Shown here one piece after another: positions 42,295 through 50,822 of a stretch of DNA of 64,000 nt. Both the position numbers and the translations under genes were made by a program. This DNA is from Bacteroidota bacterium (GTDB lineage Bacteria; Bacteroidota; Bacteroidia; Bacteroidales; VadinHA17): positions 73,680 to 137,679 of the forward strand of contig JADKBL010000007.1 in assembly GCA_016718875.1 (NCBI GenBank). Reading direction: 5' to 3'. Each line of letters begins with the position of its first letter. Position 1 is the stretch's first letter. The notes under the pieces were generated by a model. That model did no database searches, had not been told where the DNA came from, and worked only from the letters and a program-made list of their open reading frames with translations.

Positions 42295-43903
42295 TATTGA
42301 CCACATACGGAGGCTTTACATACCAGTAAGATGTAAGTCCGTAATTGATCACAGCCTGAAGCCAGTGCCATAATTCAATATTTGAACTGATTGAAGTTCT
42401 GAATGGTATAGCATCAAGATTCCTGTACCGCATATTTACTGATAACCCGGGATGGAAGTTCCCGCTTCCGCTTGGTTGCGCAATAAAAGGATGGGTAAAA
42501 AGCTCAGGCCTGCACCATGCATAGCCGTAATAGTCCTCAGTCCCGGTTCCGATGCTCGAGGGAAATGCCTCCCCATCAATGAAGATCTTCTCGTCACCTT
42601 CGCCCCACCATGAATCGGCTGTATTGAAAACAGTTATCGCGTCGCCGGCATATACTCCTTTTCCTGTAATGTCAGCATAGTTGATATCACGGTGCAAACC
42701 TGTTCCTCCTGTAACCTTAGCTCCTGCTGTAAGGATCTGATGATACTCATGCCATGAGGCTCCGAAATACATGCTTGTTTCACTCCATTTGTAATCTGAC
42801 GTAGTAACATTGAGTTCAGTTTTTATCTCCTGCTCACCGAGATTCAGAAGTGATATTGTGCAGTTATTCCTGAAGGGCATTGTCCAGTATGACTCCATTA
42901 TATTCTTTCCGTCAACCATGCTGTACCAAGTTGAGGAATACGTCTCCTTTGAACCAGTACCGAAAAAGTAACCCACTGGTACCCAGACAGTATTAAACTC
43001 ATCAAAACTGATCTTTAATACAGTTGATCTCAAGGCCTGATCGCTGTCGAATGCCGACATTTTAAGAGAGATCTTTCTGACAGAGGCATTCTTAGAATCA
43101 ATTACCAGTGTTGCTGAATCACCTGCTTTGATAGTCTTGTCAAGAGTGTATTTCTCTTTCATCCCCGAAACAGCACTTGAATCTGCCTTCAGAAGGGAAT
43201 TGTTAACAGCCTTTATTAATGCTGAAGAATTGCTCAGTTCATCAAGTGAGAATGAGACAACTTTTGTGCCTGGTTCATATGCCCGGTAGCAGATATTGTA
43301 ATAAATATTTGGTTTCCTTGTACTATCAGTGATCTGGATTGTTGCGCACTCATAGGTGATTGTACAATGACCTGAAAAAGGAATTGGCAGATAGAGATTA
43401 TGTCCCCTTCTTTCTATCTCTGTGTCGGGCGACACTGAAGAAATAAGAGGTGCTCCGGTCAGGACGTTACCACTGTAAAGGTTGATGGGGTCGGCTTCAA
43501 AGACAGGTGATGGATTTCCATCGATATACAACCTGATCGTTCCCTTTAGCCCTCCTTCACCTGCAAAAGTCATCCACCACCTCACAATTGCACCTGGTCC
43601 GTCTGTGTCAAATAAAATATATTCTTTTCTTCCACGCGACGAATCAATGCCAAGGAATTGTGTATAGTCATCATTGGCGAACCAGTTTGAATCGGATGGA
43701 GAAACAGATTTTCTGTCGTAGCTGCTGAACTGTTTCAGGTTATAGAATGGTACAGGAAATCGTGTAATTGAATTTCTGTCCGTCATCTCCGTCAGAAGGT
43801 TTTTTATTGTAACCACTTTTTCCTTTTTGCATGAGTAAAGTGAAAAAATGATTGACAGTGTTAAAGCAATCAGGATTAATCTGCTGACTTGTCTGGTTTT
43901 CAT
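42233..43903 (-). CDS. DUF2961 / glycoside hydrolase family 172-like lipoprotein
   Basis: ATG at 43903 gives MKTRQVSRLILIALTLSIIFSLYSCKK (lipobox). The GTGTEDYYGYAW motif is typical of DUF2961. Confidence 0.75.
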   Translation of the reverse strand: MKTRQVSRLILIALTLSIIFSLYSCKKEKVVTIKNLLTEMTDRNSITRFPVPFYNLKQFSSYDRKSVSPSDSNWFANDDYTQFLGIDSSRGRKEYILFDTDGPGAIVRWWMTFAGEGGLKGTIRLYIDGNPSPVFEADPINLYSGNVLTGAPLISSVSPDTEIERRGHNLYLPIPFSGHCTITYECATIQITDSTRKPNIYYNICYRAYEPGTKVVSFSLDELSNSSALIKAVNNSLLKADSSAVSGMKEKYTLDKTIKAGDSATLVIDSKNASVRKISLKMSAFDSDQALRSTVLKISFDEFNTVWVPVGYFFGTGSKETYSSTWYSMVDGKNIMESYWTMPFRNNCTISLLNLGEQEIKTELNVTTSDYKWSETSMYFGASWHEYHQILTAGAKVTGGTGLHRDINYADITGKGVYAGDAITVFNTADSWWGEGDEKIFIDGEAFPSSIGTGTEDYYGYAWCRPELFTHPFIAQPSGSGNFHPGLSVNMRYRNLDAIPFRTSISSNIELWHWLQAVINYGLTSYWYVKPPYVVNIKPDPEEAQRPVPIDPEKPL

Positions 43904-44001
43904 TTTTGGAGAGTTAAAATGGTAATTATTCAAAGTTAGATATTTATAGTTTATTATGGATTATAGTTTTAAAAAGTTGTAACTTGAATAAAAAAAAGAA
44001 T

Positions 44002-44434
44002 ATGTCTGAATTATTGGATCCCCGCCTGACAGATCCTGCCATAAGGCCTGATGATGAACTGATTGAGTCGCTGATTGGAAAGAAGATTATTTTCTGGAAG
44101 GCAATACAAACTCACACTGAAGCCAGCTATAAGGATGTATCCGGAGATTGGAATTATTATAAAGATGGCAAACAGTGGCTCTTCAAATGTGTTCAGAAAA
44201 AGAAGACTCTGTTTTGGGCAGCTCTCTTTGGAAAGTCGTTCCGTATAACATTCTATTTTGGAGATCAAGCTGAACAGATACTAGTCGGCAGTGATATTCC
44301 AGAGCCAATGAAGGAGGGATTCATAAATGCAAAGAGATTCGGGGCAATAAGACCAATAACTGTTGTGATTTCCGGAACAAAAGGATGTTGAAAATGTTTA
44401 TAAACTGATAAGTATAAAAAGCAAAATAAAATAA
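44002..44434 (+). CDS. DUF3788-like small protein (probable frame break near 44368)
   Basis: ..GDWNYYKDGKQWLFKCVQKKKTLFWAALFGKSFRITFYFG.. The track ORF stops at 44391, but the text continues in another frame (EQKDVENVYKLISIKSKIK) to 44434. Confidence 0.5.
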
Positions 44435-44442
44435 CTGAAAAC

Positions 44443-44994
44443 ATGGAAGATAGTTTTTACGGTTTTTCTGCTGTTTCGCTGAGGGGAAAAGAGATTGGGA
44501 TGGATACCTTTAAGGGAAAGGTTATTCTGGTTGTAAACACTGCCAGTAAATGCGGTTTCACACCTCAGTATGAAGGGCTGGAGACGCTGTATAAAAAGTA
44601 CGGGGAGAAGGGACTTATGATACTCGGATTTCCATGCAACCAGTTTGGGAACCAGGAGCCAGGTTCCGAGAAAGATATTGCTGAAGGCTGCCTGATAAAT
44701 TACGGAGTCACATTTCCGATGTTCTCAAAAGTGGATGTTAATGGCAGCAATGCTCATCCTCTTTTCAGATACCTTAAAAAGAAGCTTTCCGGTTTCCTCA
44801 TTAGCAGGATAAAGTGGAACTTCACCAAGTTCCTGATCGACAGGAATGGAATACCGGTTAAACGATATTCTCCTTCAACCAAACCTGAGAATCTGTCAGG
44901 TGATATTGAGAAACTAATTGGCCAATTAACCCTGCACCCTGCGCCTTACGAGCCCTCTACTACGTATAAATACCCCGTTGTAAATAGGCTTTAA
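44443..44994 (+). CDS. Glutathione peroxidase (Cys type)
   Basis: NTASKCGFTPQY, FPCNQFGNQEPG and WNFTKFL motifs. The last ~20 codons run into a GC-rich repeat (accctgc x2 at 44929..44942) and may not be genuine. Confidence 0.88.
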   Translation: MEDSFYGFSAVSLRGKEIGMDTFKGKVILVVNTASKCGFTPQYEGLETLYKKYGEKGLMILGFPCNQFGNQEPGSEKDIAEGCLINYGVTFPMFSKVDVNGSNAHPLFRYLKKKLSGFLISRIKWNFTKFLIDRNGIPVKRYSPSTKPENLSGDIEKLIGQLTLHPAPYEPSTTYKYPVVNRL

Positions 44995-45022
44995 GCCTCT
45001 TTCAGTGCATCCATGGTAATGG

Positions 45023-45030
45023 TAAATTTG
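45023..45030 (+). promoter_or_regulatory. Candidate -7 box (TAAATTTG)
   Basis: TAnnTTTG match 35 nt upstream of the ATG at 45065. Confidence 0.35.
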
Positions 45031-45064
45031 TGTTAAATCATTAACACCACTGAAGCCAGGATAC

Positions 45065-45799
45065 ATGGAAAATCTGTACGATCTGCTTACTGAAGATGTC
45101 CGGTTTGAAGAAGGCTTAAAGGCTTGTATGAATTGTGGTGTCTGCACAGCAATCTGTCCTGCGGCGGAATTCTATAATTATGATCCGAGGAAAATAGTGG
45201 ACCTGGTTCAGTCACGTGATAATGATGAGATAATAAAGCTTTTAAAAGCCGATTCTATATGGTATTGCGGTGAGTGCATGTCGTGTAAAACCCGCTGTCC
45301 GCGTGGAAATACTCCCGGATTTGTGATCATGGCACTCCGGACTCTCTCCCAGAAACTGGGCTATTTTGTTGAATCTGAAAAAGGACGACAACAGCTGGCT
45401 ATCAAAAGGACTGTGGGTGAGAATATTTTTAAATACGGCTATTGTGCAGCAACATATGCCGTTAATCCAACACTTCATCCGGAACAGGGACCTATTTGGG
45501 AATATATTCTCGATAATTCCGATGATGTTTTCGAAAGACTTGGAGGCCAGTTAAATGGAATAGGGACTGGTCCGCTGAGGAAAATTCCGCAGGAAGCGCT
45601 CGATGAACTTAAGAAAATATTTGATGTAACCGGTGGAACAGAATTCTTCAATACAATAGAAGAACATTCTAAAAGAAAAGCATTAGAAATGGGAATCGAA
45701 TTCTCAAAAGGAACAGAGGATGAATACTTTATAGAAGTATATACAACAAATAATGGTAATCATACTATAAACGACACTCATACTGAGCAGGATGAATAA
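45065..45799 (+). CDS. HdrC-like 4Fe-4S dicluster protein
   Basis: CMNCGVCTAICP and CGECMSCKTRCP motifs, 244 aa. Its stop overlaps the next start (ATGAATAA). Confidence 0.8.
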   Translation: MENLYDLLTEDVRFEEGLKACMNCGVCTAICPAAEFYNYDPRKIVDLVQSRDNDEIIKLLKADSIWYCGECMSCKTRCPRGNTPGFVIMALRTLSQKLGYFVESEKGRQQLAIKRTVGENIFKYGYCAATYAVNPTLHPEQGPIWEYILDNSDDVFERLGGQLNGIGTGPLRKIPQEALDELKKIFDVTGGTEFFNTIEEHSKRKALEMGIEFSKGTEDEYFIEVYTTNNGNHTINDTHTEQDE

Positions 45800-46853
45800 G
45801 GAAGGCAAAAAGAAAATATGGTCAGATTATCAGAAAGAGATTGCTGATGATCATTTCTTTTATGTCAGATCATGCATCAGGCAGAGTTTTTTTCCTGGTT
45901 CGGAGCAGTTCTTTCTTAACCTGATGCGTAATGTTCTGAAGAAGGATGTTTATGAAAACCCGGCTCATACAACCTGTACAGGAATTGGATATCACAGTGA
46001 TATAGTCCCTTCTGCCACCATTATGACAGTAATAGCCAGGCATTTTGCTCTTATGAAGGAAGCAGGCTATAAAAATATTGCCATCTCATGTGTAACTTCT
46101 TTCGGTCTTTATACAGAGATACTTGAAACATGGAAGCATTTTCCTTCAGAGCTTGCAAAAACACGTGAATATCTTTATAAGGCTACCGGAAGGGAATTTG
46201 ATATTCCGGAGAACCTTGCTCACACGAGTGATATAATTTACAAATTCAGGGATGAGATAGCTGCAAGGGCTAAAGTTCTTCTGGTAAATAAAGAAACAGG
46301 TGAACCTCTAAATATTGTGGAACATATAGGTTGTCATTATGCCAAGATGTTTCCGAAATCAGGCATTGGCGGAGCAGAATTTCCTCATGTTCTGAGCGGG
46401 ATGATCGATGCCTGGGGTGGAAAAGTCATTGATTATCCTGAGCGAAGGCACTGTTGCGGATTCGGATTCAGACAATACCTGGTTCAGGCAAACAGAGGTT
46501 ATTCAGTAGCAAATACAGCAAAGAAATTTTCATCAATGAAGCCGTTTAAGCCCGATCTGGTCCTGACAAATTGCCCGGGCTGCAGTATGTTCATGGACAG
46601 ATGGCAATACACAATTAAGGAGATGGAAGGGTTGACATATGGAGTAAATGGGGAATCGGTGCCTGTTCTTACCTACGAAGAGCTTGCAGGACTGGTTCTT
46701 GGTTTTAACCCATGGGACCTTGGAATTCAATATCACATGGTTCAATCTGAACCTCTTCTAAGAAAACTGGGAATTGAGTTTGATCCGGGAGATAAGTTCA
46801 AAACAAAAGACGGACACCAGATGCCTTTACCTCAAAACCTTATTAACGTCTGA
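45792..46853 (+). CDS. HdrB-like protein with two CCG domains
   Basis: Cys patterns ..HIGCHYAK.., ..RRHCCGFGFR.., ..NCPGCSMF... 353 aa. Confidence 0.8.
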   Translation: MNKEGKKKIWSDYQKEIADDHFFYVRSCIRQSFFPGSEQFFLNLMRNVLKKDVYENPAHTTCTGIGYHSDIVPSATIMTVIARHFALMKEAGYKNIAISCVTSFGLYTEILETWKHFPSELAKTREYLYKATGREFDIPENLAHTSDIIYKFRDEIAARAKVLLVNKETGEPLNIVEHIGCHYAKMFPKSGIGGAEFPHVLSGMIDAWGGKVIDYPERRHCCGFGFRQYLVQANRGYSVANTAKKFSSMKPFKPDLVLTNCPGCSMFMDRWQYTIKEMEGLTYGVNGESVPVLTYEELAGLVLGFNPWDLGIQYHMVQSEPLLRKLGIEFDPGDKFKTKDGHQMPLPQNLINV

Positions 46854-46855
46854 TA

Positions 46856-47884
46856 ATGAGTAAAAATGTAATTGTTATCGGAGGAGGAGCAGCAGGGATT
46901 GAAGCAGCCGGACAGCTGGCTATGGCTGGCTACCCGGTGATAATAATTGAAAAAGGACAGGAAATAGGAGGGCACCTCCTTGACTGGTATCACCTTTTTC
47001 CTGATCGTCGCAACAGTGTTGAAGTTGTTTCCTATCTCAATGATATTGCAGAGAACAGGAATATCAGTATACTCAAAAATAGACAAACAGAAAAAATTGA
47101 ACGTAACAAGGGTAATTTCCACCTGAGAACTTCTGCTGGTGATGAGATTGAAGCCGGTGCAATTGTTGTTGCTACCGGATTCGACCTTTTCAGAAGTGAG
47201 AAAAAGGAGGAATACGGATATGGAATATATGATAACGTGATCACATCTGCTGACCTGGAAAAAATGTTCCGTGCCGGTGATATATTGCTTAAAAATGGAA
47301 AGGCTCCTTCAAAAATCGGACTTGTTCATTGTGTAGGTTCCCGCGATGAAAAATCAGGAAACCTTTATTGCTCAAAGCTTTGTTGTGTAACTGCAGTTAA
47401 GCAGGCAATTGAACTTAGGGAAAAACTACCGTCATCAAAGGTTTTCTGTTTCTATATGGATATGAGAATGGGCGGAGCACATTATGAAGAATTGTATCTT
47501 GAAGCACAGGAAAAACATGCAGTGAGTTTCATACGGGGAAAAGTGTCAGAGGTTGGTGTGGCTCATAATGGCAGTCTGGTGATTAAAGCAGAAGATACCC
47601 TGGCAGGACGTCCTATCAGGATTGAACTCGACATGCTGGTTCTGATGGCTGGCATGGAGATGTCGGAAGGAGGAAGGAAGATATCTTCAGATCTTCATCT
47701 TTCAACCGGGAGCAACAGATTTTTCAGCAGTATAGATAATCACTATGGCAGTAATCTAAGTAATGAAAACGGTGTTTTCTATGCAGGTACCTGTACAGCC
47801 CCGATGAGCATTCCTGAAACAATTTCGCATGCGAGGGCAGCTGCCACCGAAGTGATAAGGTATATGAAAAATACCGGGAAATAG
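46856..47884 (+). CDS. Short HdrA-like FAD/FeS oxidoreductase
   Basis: GGGAAGIEAA dinucleotide fold. HCVGSRDEKSGNLYCSKLCC is the HdrA-type [4Fe-4S] Cys motif. Only 342 aa. Confidence 0.8.
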   Translation: MSKNVIVIGGGAAGIEAAGQLAMAGYPVIIIEKGQEIGGHLLDWYHLFPDRRNSVEVVSYLNDIAENRNISILKNRQTEKIERNKGNFHLRTSAGDEIEAGAIVVATGFDLFRSEKKEEYGYGIYDNVITSADLEKMFRAGDILLKNGKAPSKIGLVHCVGSRDEKSGNLYCSKLCCVTAVKQAIELREKLPSSKVFCFYMDMRMGGAHYEELYLEAQEKHAVSFIRGKVSEVGVAHNGSLVIKAEDTLAGRPIRIELDMLVLMAGMEMSEGGRKISSDLHLSTGSNRFFSSIDNHYGSNLSNENGVFYAGTCTAPMSIPETISHARAAATEVIRYMKNTGK

Positions 47885-47885
47885 T

Positions 47886-48230
47886 ATGAGCAGGTTCGGA
47901 TTTACAATAACTAAAGCACGCTTCATCGATTACGAGTCGAATGACAGACGAATTTCAGAATATATTTCTGAAATGGAGCCTTCTTTCCTAAGGTGCATCG
48001 AATGCGGATGCTGCTCTGCAACATGCACTGCAGCCGGCTTTACAAAATTCAGTCTCCGCGAACTCAATATTCTTATTAAAAGAGGTGAAAACAAAGAGAT
48101 AAACAAAACAATAAGAAAATGCATGCTCTGCGGAAAATGTACTCTTGTTTGTCCGAGAGGCGTTAATACGCGAAATGTAATAACTCTTGCAAAAGAGGCA
48201 TACCAAAAAGCTGAGAACCATGCAGTTTGA
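47886..48230 (+). CDS. Small HdrC-like 4Fe-4S dicluster ferredoxin
   Basis: CIECGCCSATC and CMLCGKCTLVCP motifs, 114 aa. Confidence 0.75.
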   Translation: MSRFGFTITKARFIDYESNDRRISEYISEMEPSFLRCIECGCCSATCTAAGFTKFSLRELNILIKRGENKEINKTIRKCMLCGKCTLVCPRGVNTRNVITLAKEAYQKAENHAV

Positions 48231-50118
48231 TCCTTTTGTCATACCGTTTAACATTGGACTGTATTTTATAGTCCTGTATGCAGTGGGCCGCTCTGTAATC
48301 TGGTTCCGTGAACTGTCCAGGGCTGATAAATTAAGACTGCAGAGAGGTTTCTTCGGACCTGCTTTTGCAATGAGTCTTAAAGAGATCTTTATGGAGAGTC
48401 TGATTCACAGAAAGATACTTAAAACCAACTGGAGACTTGGCTATATGCATATGAGCCTGGCATTTGGCTGGTTCCTCCTTATATTTTTCGGAACAGTTGA
48501 AGCTGATGTGTTCGGAACAAAGCACCTCAATGCCCCTTACAAGGCAATATTTTTCAGGTTCTTTAATCCTGAACACGGCCGCTCAGGATTTGAGGCAGCA
48601 TATGGCTTCCTGATGGATCTTATTCTTGCCTTTATTCTTTCAGGACTTCTCCTTGCTGTACTGAAGAGATTCTGGTCCCCTGCAGTCGGGGTGAAGAAAA
48701 CAACAAAACTCGGGGTATCCGATAAAATTGCACTTACCTCGCTCTGGCTTATATTTCCAAGTCGCCTGATAGCTGAAAGCTTTACATGCGGTGCATATGA
48801 AACAGGCAGCTTTCTTACCGGATCGCTGGGATCATTTCTGGCTTCATTCCTCCCTACCCAGGAGATGGCTTACCCATTCTGGTGGCTTTATTCGCTTTCA
48901 CTAGGTACCTTTTTTATCTTATTGCCTGTAACAAGGTATATGCATATACCGGCTGAGATCTTTCTTATTTTTATGAGAAACGCAGGTATCAGGACAGGAG
49001 ACAGGGAAAGTTCATATTCAGAGGTTGAAGTACATTCATGTTCTTCCTGCGGTATTTGTATTGATACCTGTCAGCTGAACTATTCAGCAGGAATTAATAC
49101 TATCCAGTCAGCTTACCTTATGAAAGGAATCAGAAGAAATGAGGATGTTAAGGATATAGCAGAGAACTGTCTAATGTGCGGGAGATGCGACCAGGCATGT
49201 CCTGTGGGGATTGAGCTTTATCCTATCAGAATGATGGAGCGGAGAAGGAAGAGTGCTGACCATGAATACAGAAACCTGTACAAAGGTTATCTGAGAAGCC
49301 GTTTTCCTCTGACACCTGAAAAGGATAATGAGACTCCTTCATACAGCTACCTTGCAGAAGAATCACCTGAAAAAGCTGATGTTCTATACTTTGCCGGATG
49401 CATGACTCACCTGACACCTTCAATTAAAAACTCAATGGTTGAGATCCTTAACGCTTCTGGTCTTGATTATAAGTTTATTGATGAGAAAGGCGGTGCCTGC
49501 TGTGGAAGGCCCCTGATGCTTGCCGGTCAGGACAGGGAGGCACGCGAACTTATAAATTTCAATTCACAAATGATATGGAAATCAGGAGCAAGCATGCTTG
49601 TTACATCCTGCCCAATCTGTTATAAAGTATTCCGTGAAAGTTATCACCTTGACGTTGAAGTGCTTCATCACTCGCAGTTCATCAAGCGGCTGATTGACAA
49701 AGAAGCTATCTCACTTAAGTTCCTACAGAAAAATGTTGTTTATCATTCTCCTTGCGATCTGGGAAGAGGATCAGGGGTTTATGAGGAACCTAAGGAGATC
49801 CTTAAATATGTCTCACGACTTGAGAAGAGCCGATATGAAGATGCAGAGTCTTTGTGCTGCGGAGGAAGCCTTGGTAACCTTAAACTCAGTTCGGAACAGA
49901 GAAGAAAGATCGCCACTGATGCCGCAAATGAACTGACAGCCTCGTGTCCTGATATTCTTGCAACGGCATGTCCATTATGCAAAAAAACCTTTTCTTCTGC
50001 AACTTCAGTTAAAGTGTCTGATATCTCAGAAATTGTTGCTGAAGCACTTACCAAAACCTCAGTACCAAAGTACAACGCCTTAAAAGCACTCTCAAAACCT
50101 GAGATGGCAAATGTCTGA
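48220..50118 (+). CDS. Membrane-anchored HdrD/DsrK-like Fe-S protein (integral membrane domain + 2x[4Fe-4S] + two CCG domains)
   Basis: ATG at 48220 overlaps the previous gene by 11 nt. About 5 TM helices with conserved His (YMHMSLAFGW, RYMHIPAE), then CSSCGICIDTC and CLMCGRCDQACP. CCG-type motifs follow: CCGRP, SCPICY, HSPCDLGRG, CCGGSLG, ACPLCKK. Confidence 0.8.
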   Translation: MQFDPFVIPFNIGLYFIVLYAVGRSVIWFRELSRADKLRLQRGFFGPAFAMSLKEIFMESLIHRKILKTNWRLGYMHMSLAFGWFLLIFFGTVEADVFGTKHLNAPYKAIFFRFFNPEHGRSGFEAAYGFLMDLILAFILSGLLLAVLKRFWSPAVGVKKTTKLGVSDKIALTSLWLIFPSRLIAESFTCGAYETGSFLTGSLGSFLASFLPTQEMAYPFWWLYSLSLGTFFILLPVTRYMHIPAEIFLIFMRNAGIRTGDRESSYSEVEVHSCSSCGICIDTCQLNYSAGINTIQSAYLMKGIRRNEDVKDIAENCLMCGRCDQACPVGIELYPIRMMERRRKSADHEYRNLYKGYLRSRFPLTPEKDNETPSYSYLAEESPEKADVLYFAGCMTHLTPSIKNSMVEILNASGLDYKFIDEKGGACCGRPLMLAGQDREARELINFNSQMIWKSGASMLVTSCPICYKVFRESYHLDVEVLHHSQFIKRLIDKEAISLKFLQKNVVYHSPCDLGRGSGVYEEPKEILKYVSRLEKSRYEDAESLCCGGSLGNLKLSSEQRRKIATDAANELTASCPDILATACPLCKKTFSSATSVKVSDISEIVAEALTKTSVPKYNALKALSKPEMANV

Positions 50119-50263
50119 ACAAGTCATTGTGGATAATTGTTTATGTCCTGTGCATAAGTTTGAGATATTTAGATTTACTTTGCCACTAATTTTACAACCG
50201 GATAATATTTATTAATCAGGTACGTTTACATTTTACAAACAGAACTATTCAATTTCCTGAAAT

Positions 50264-50812
50264 ATGAGAAGAGCTTATGCAGTGTTGATGTTATTGATCG
50301 GGATCACTCTCTTTTACTCTTGCAGCAACAATACAAATACAATTAAACAGAAAACCATTCAGTCTTCTTTAAATAAAGTTGACCAGCAGGCCGACGGTAG
50401 CATTAAGCTTTATGTTCACAAGGCTGAGTGTTACAGTGACAAGATCAATCCTTCAAGCAATACTGCTGAATGGAATGTGTTTGTGTCAAAATCAGGGCGT
50501 TTCAACGTTTGGCTGTCAAGTGCTACAATCGATACCACAAACCTTGAATACGATAATAAAGTAATGCTTAGTGTCCAGGATAACAGACTTGAGGCTCAGC
50601 CCGGCATTGATAAGGTAATATTGAATTCATCCGATGTCGATCTGCCATATTTCAGGGCTGACTCATTCATGGGTTCACTATACATCCAGGATACGGGACA
50701 TTTTGCAATTCAGATAATAAGTGAAAAGATCCTTCCTGAAAATTCAACAGACGATTCAGGCAGTGAAAAGACAAAGCTTCTGTCAGTATTCCTTACTCCG
50801 GTAGTGAGGTAA
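50264..50812 (+). CDS. Lipoprotein of unknown function
   Basis: Lipobox LFYSCSNN. 182 aa, beta-rich, no motif recognised. Confidence 0.5.
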   Translation: MRRAYAVLMLLIGITLFYSCSNNTNTIKQKTIQSSLNKVDQQADGSIKLYVHKAECYSDKINPSSNTAEWNVFVSKSGRFNVWLSSATIDTTNLEYDNKVMLSVQDNRLEAQPGIDKVILNSSDVDLPYFRADSFMGSLYIQDTGHFAIQIISEKILPENSTDDSGSEKTKLLSVFLTPVVR

Positions 50813-50822
50813 AAAAACCTTA

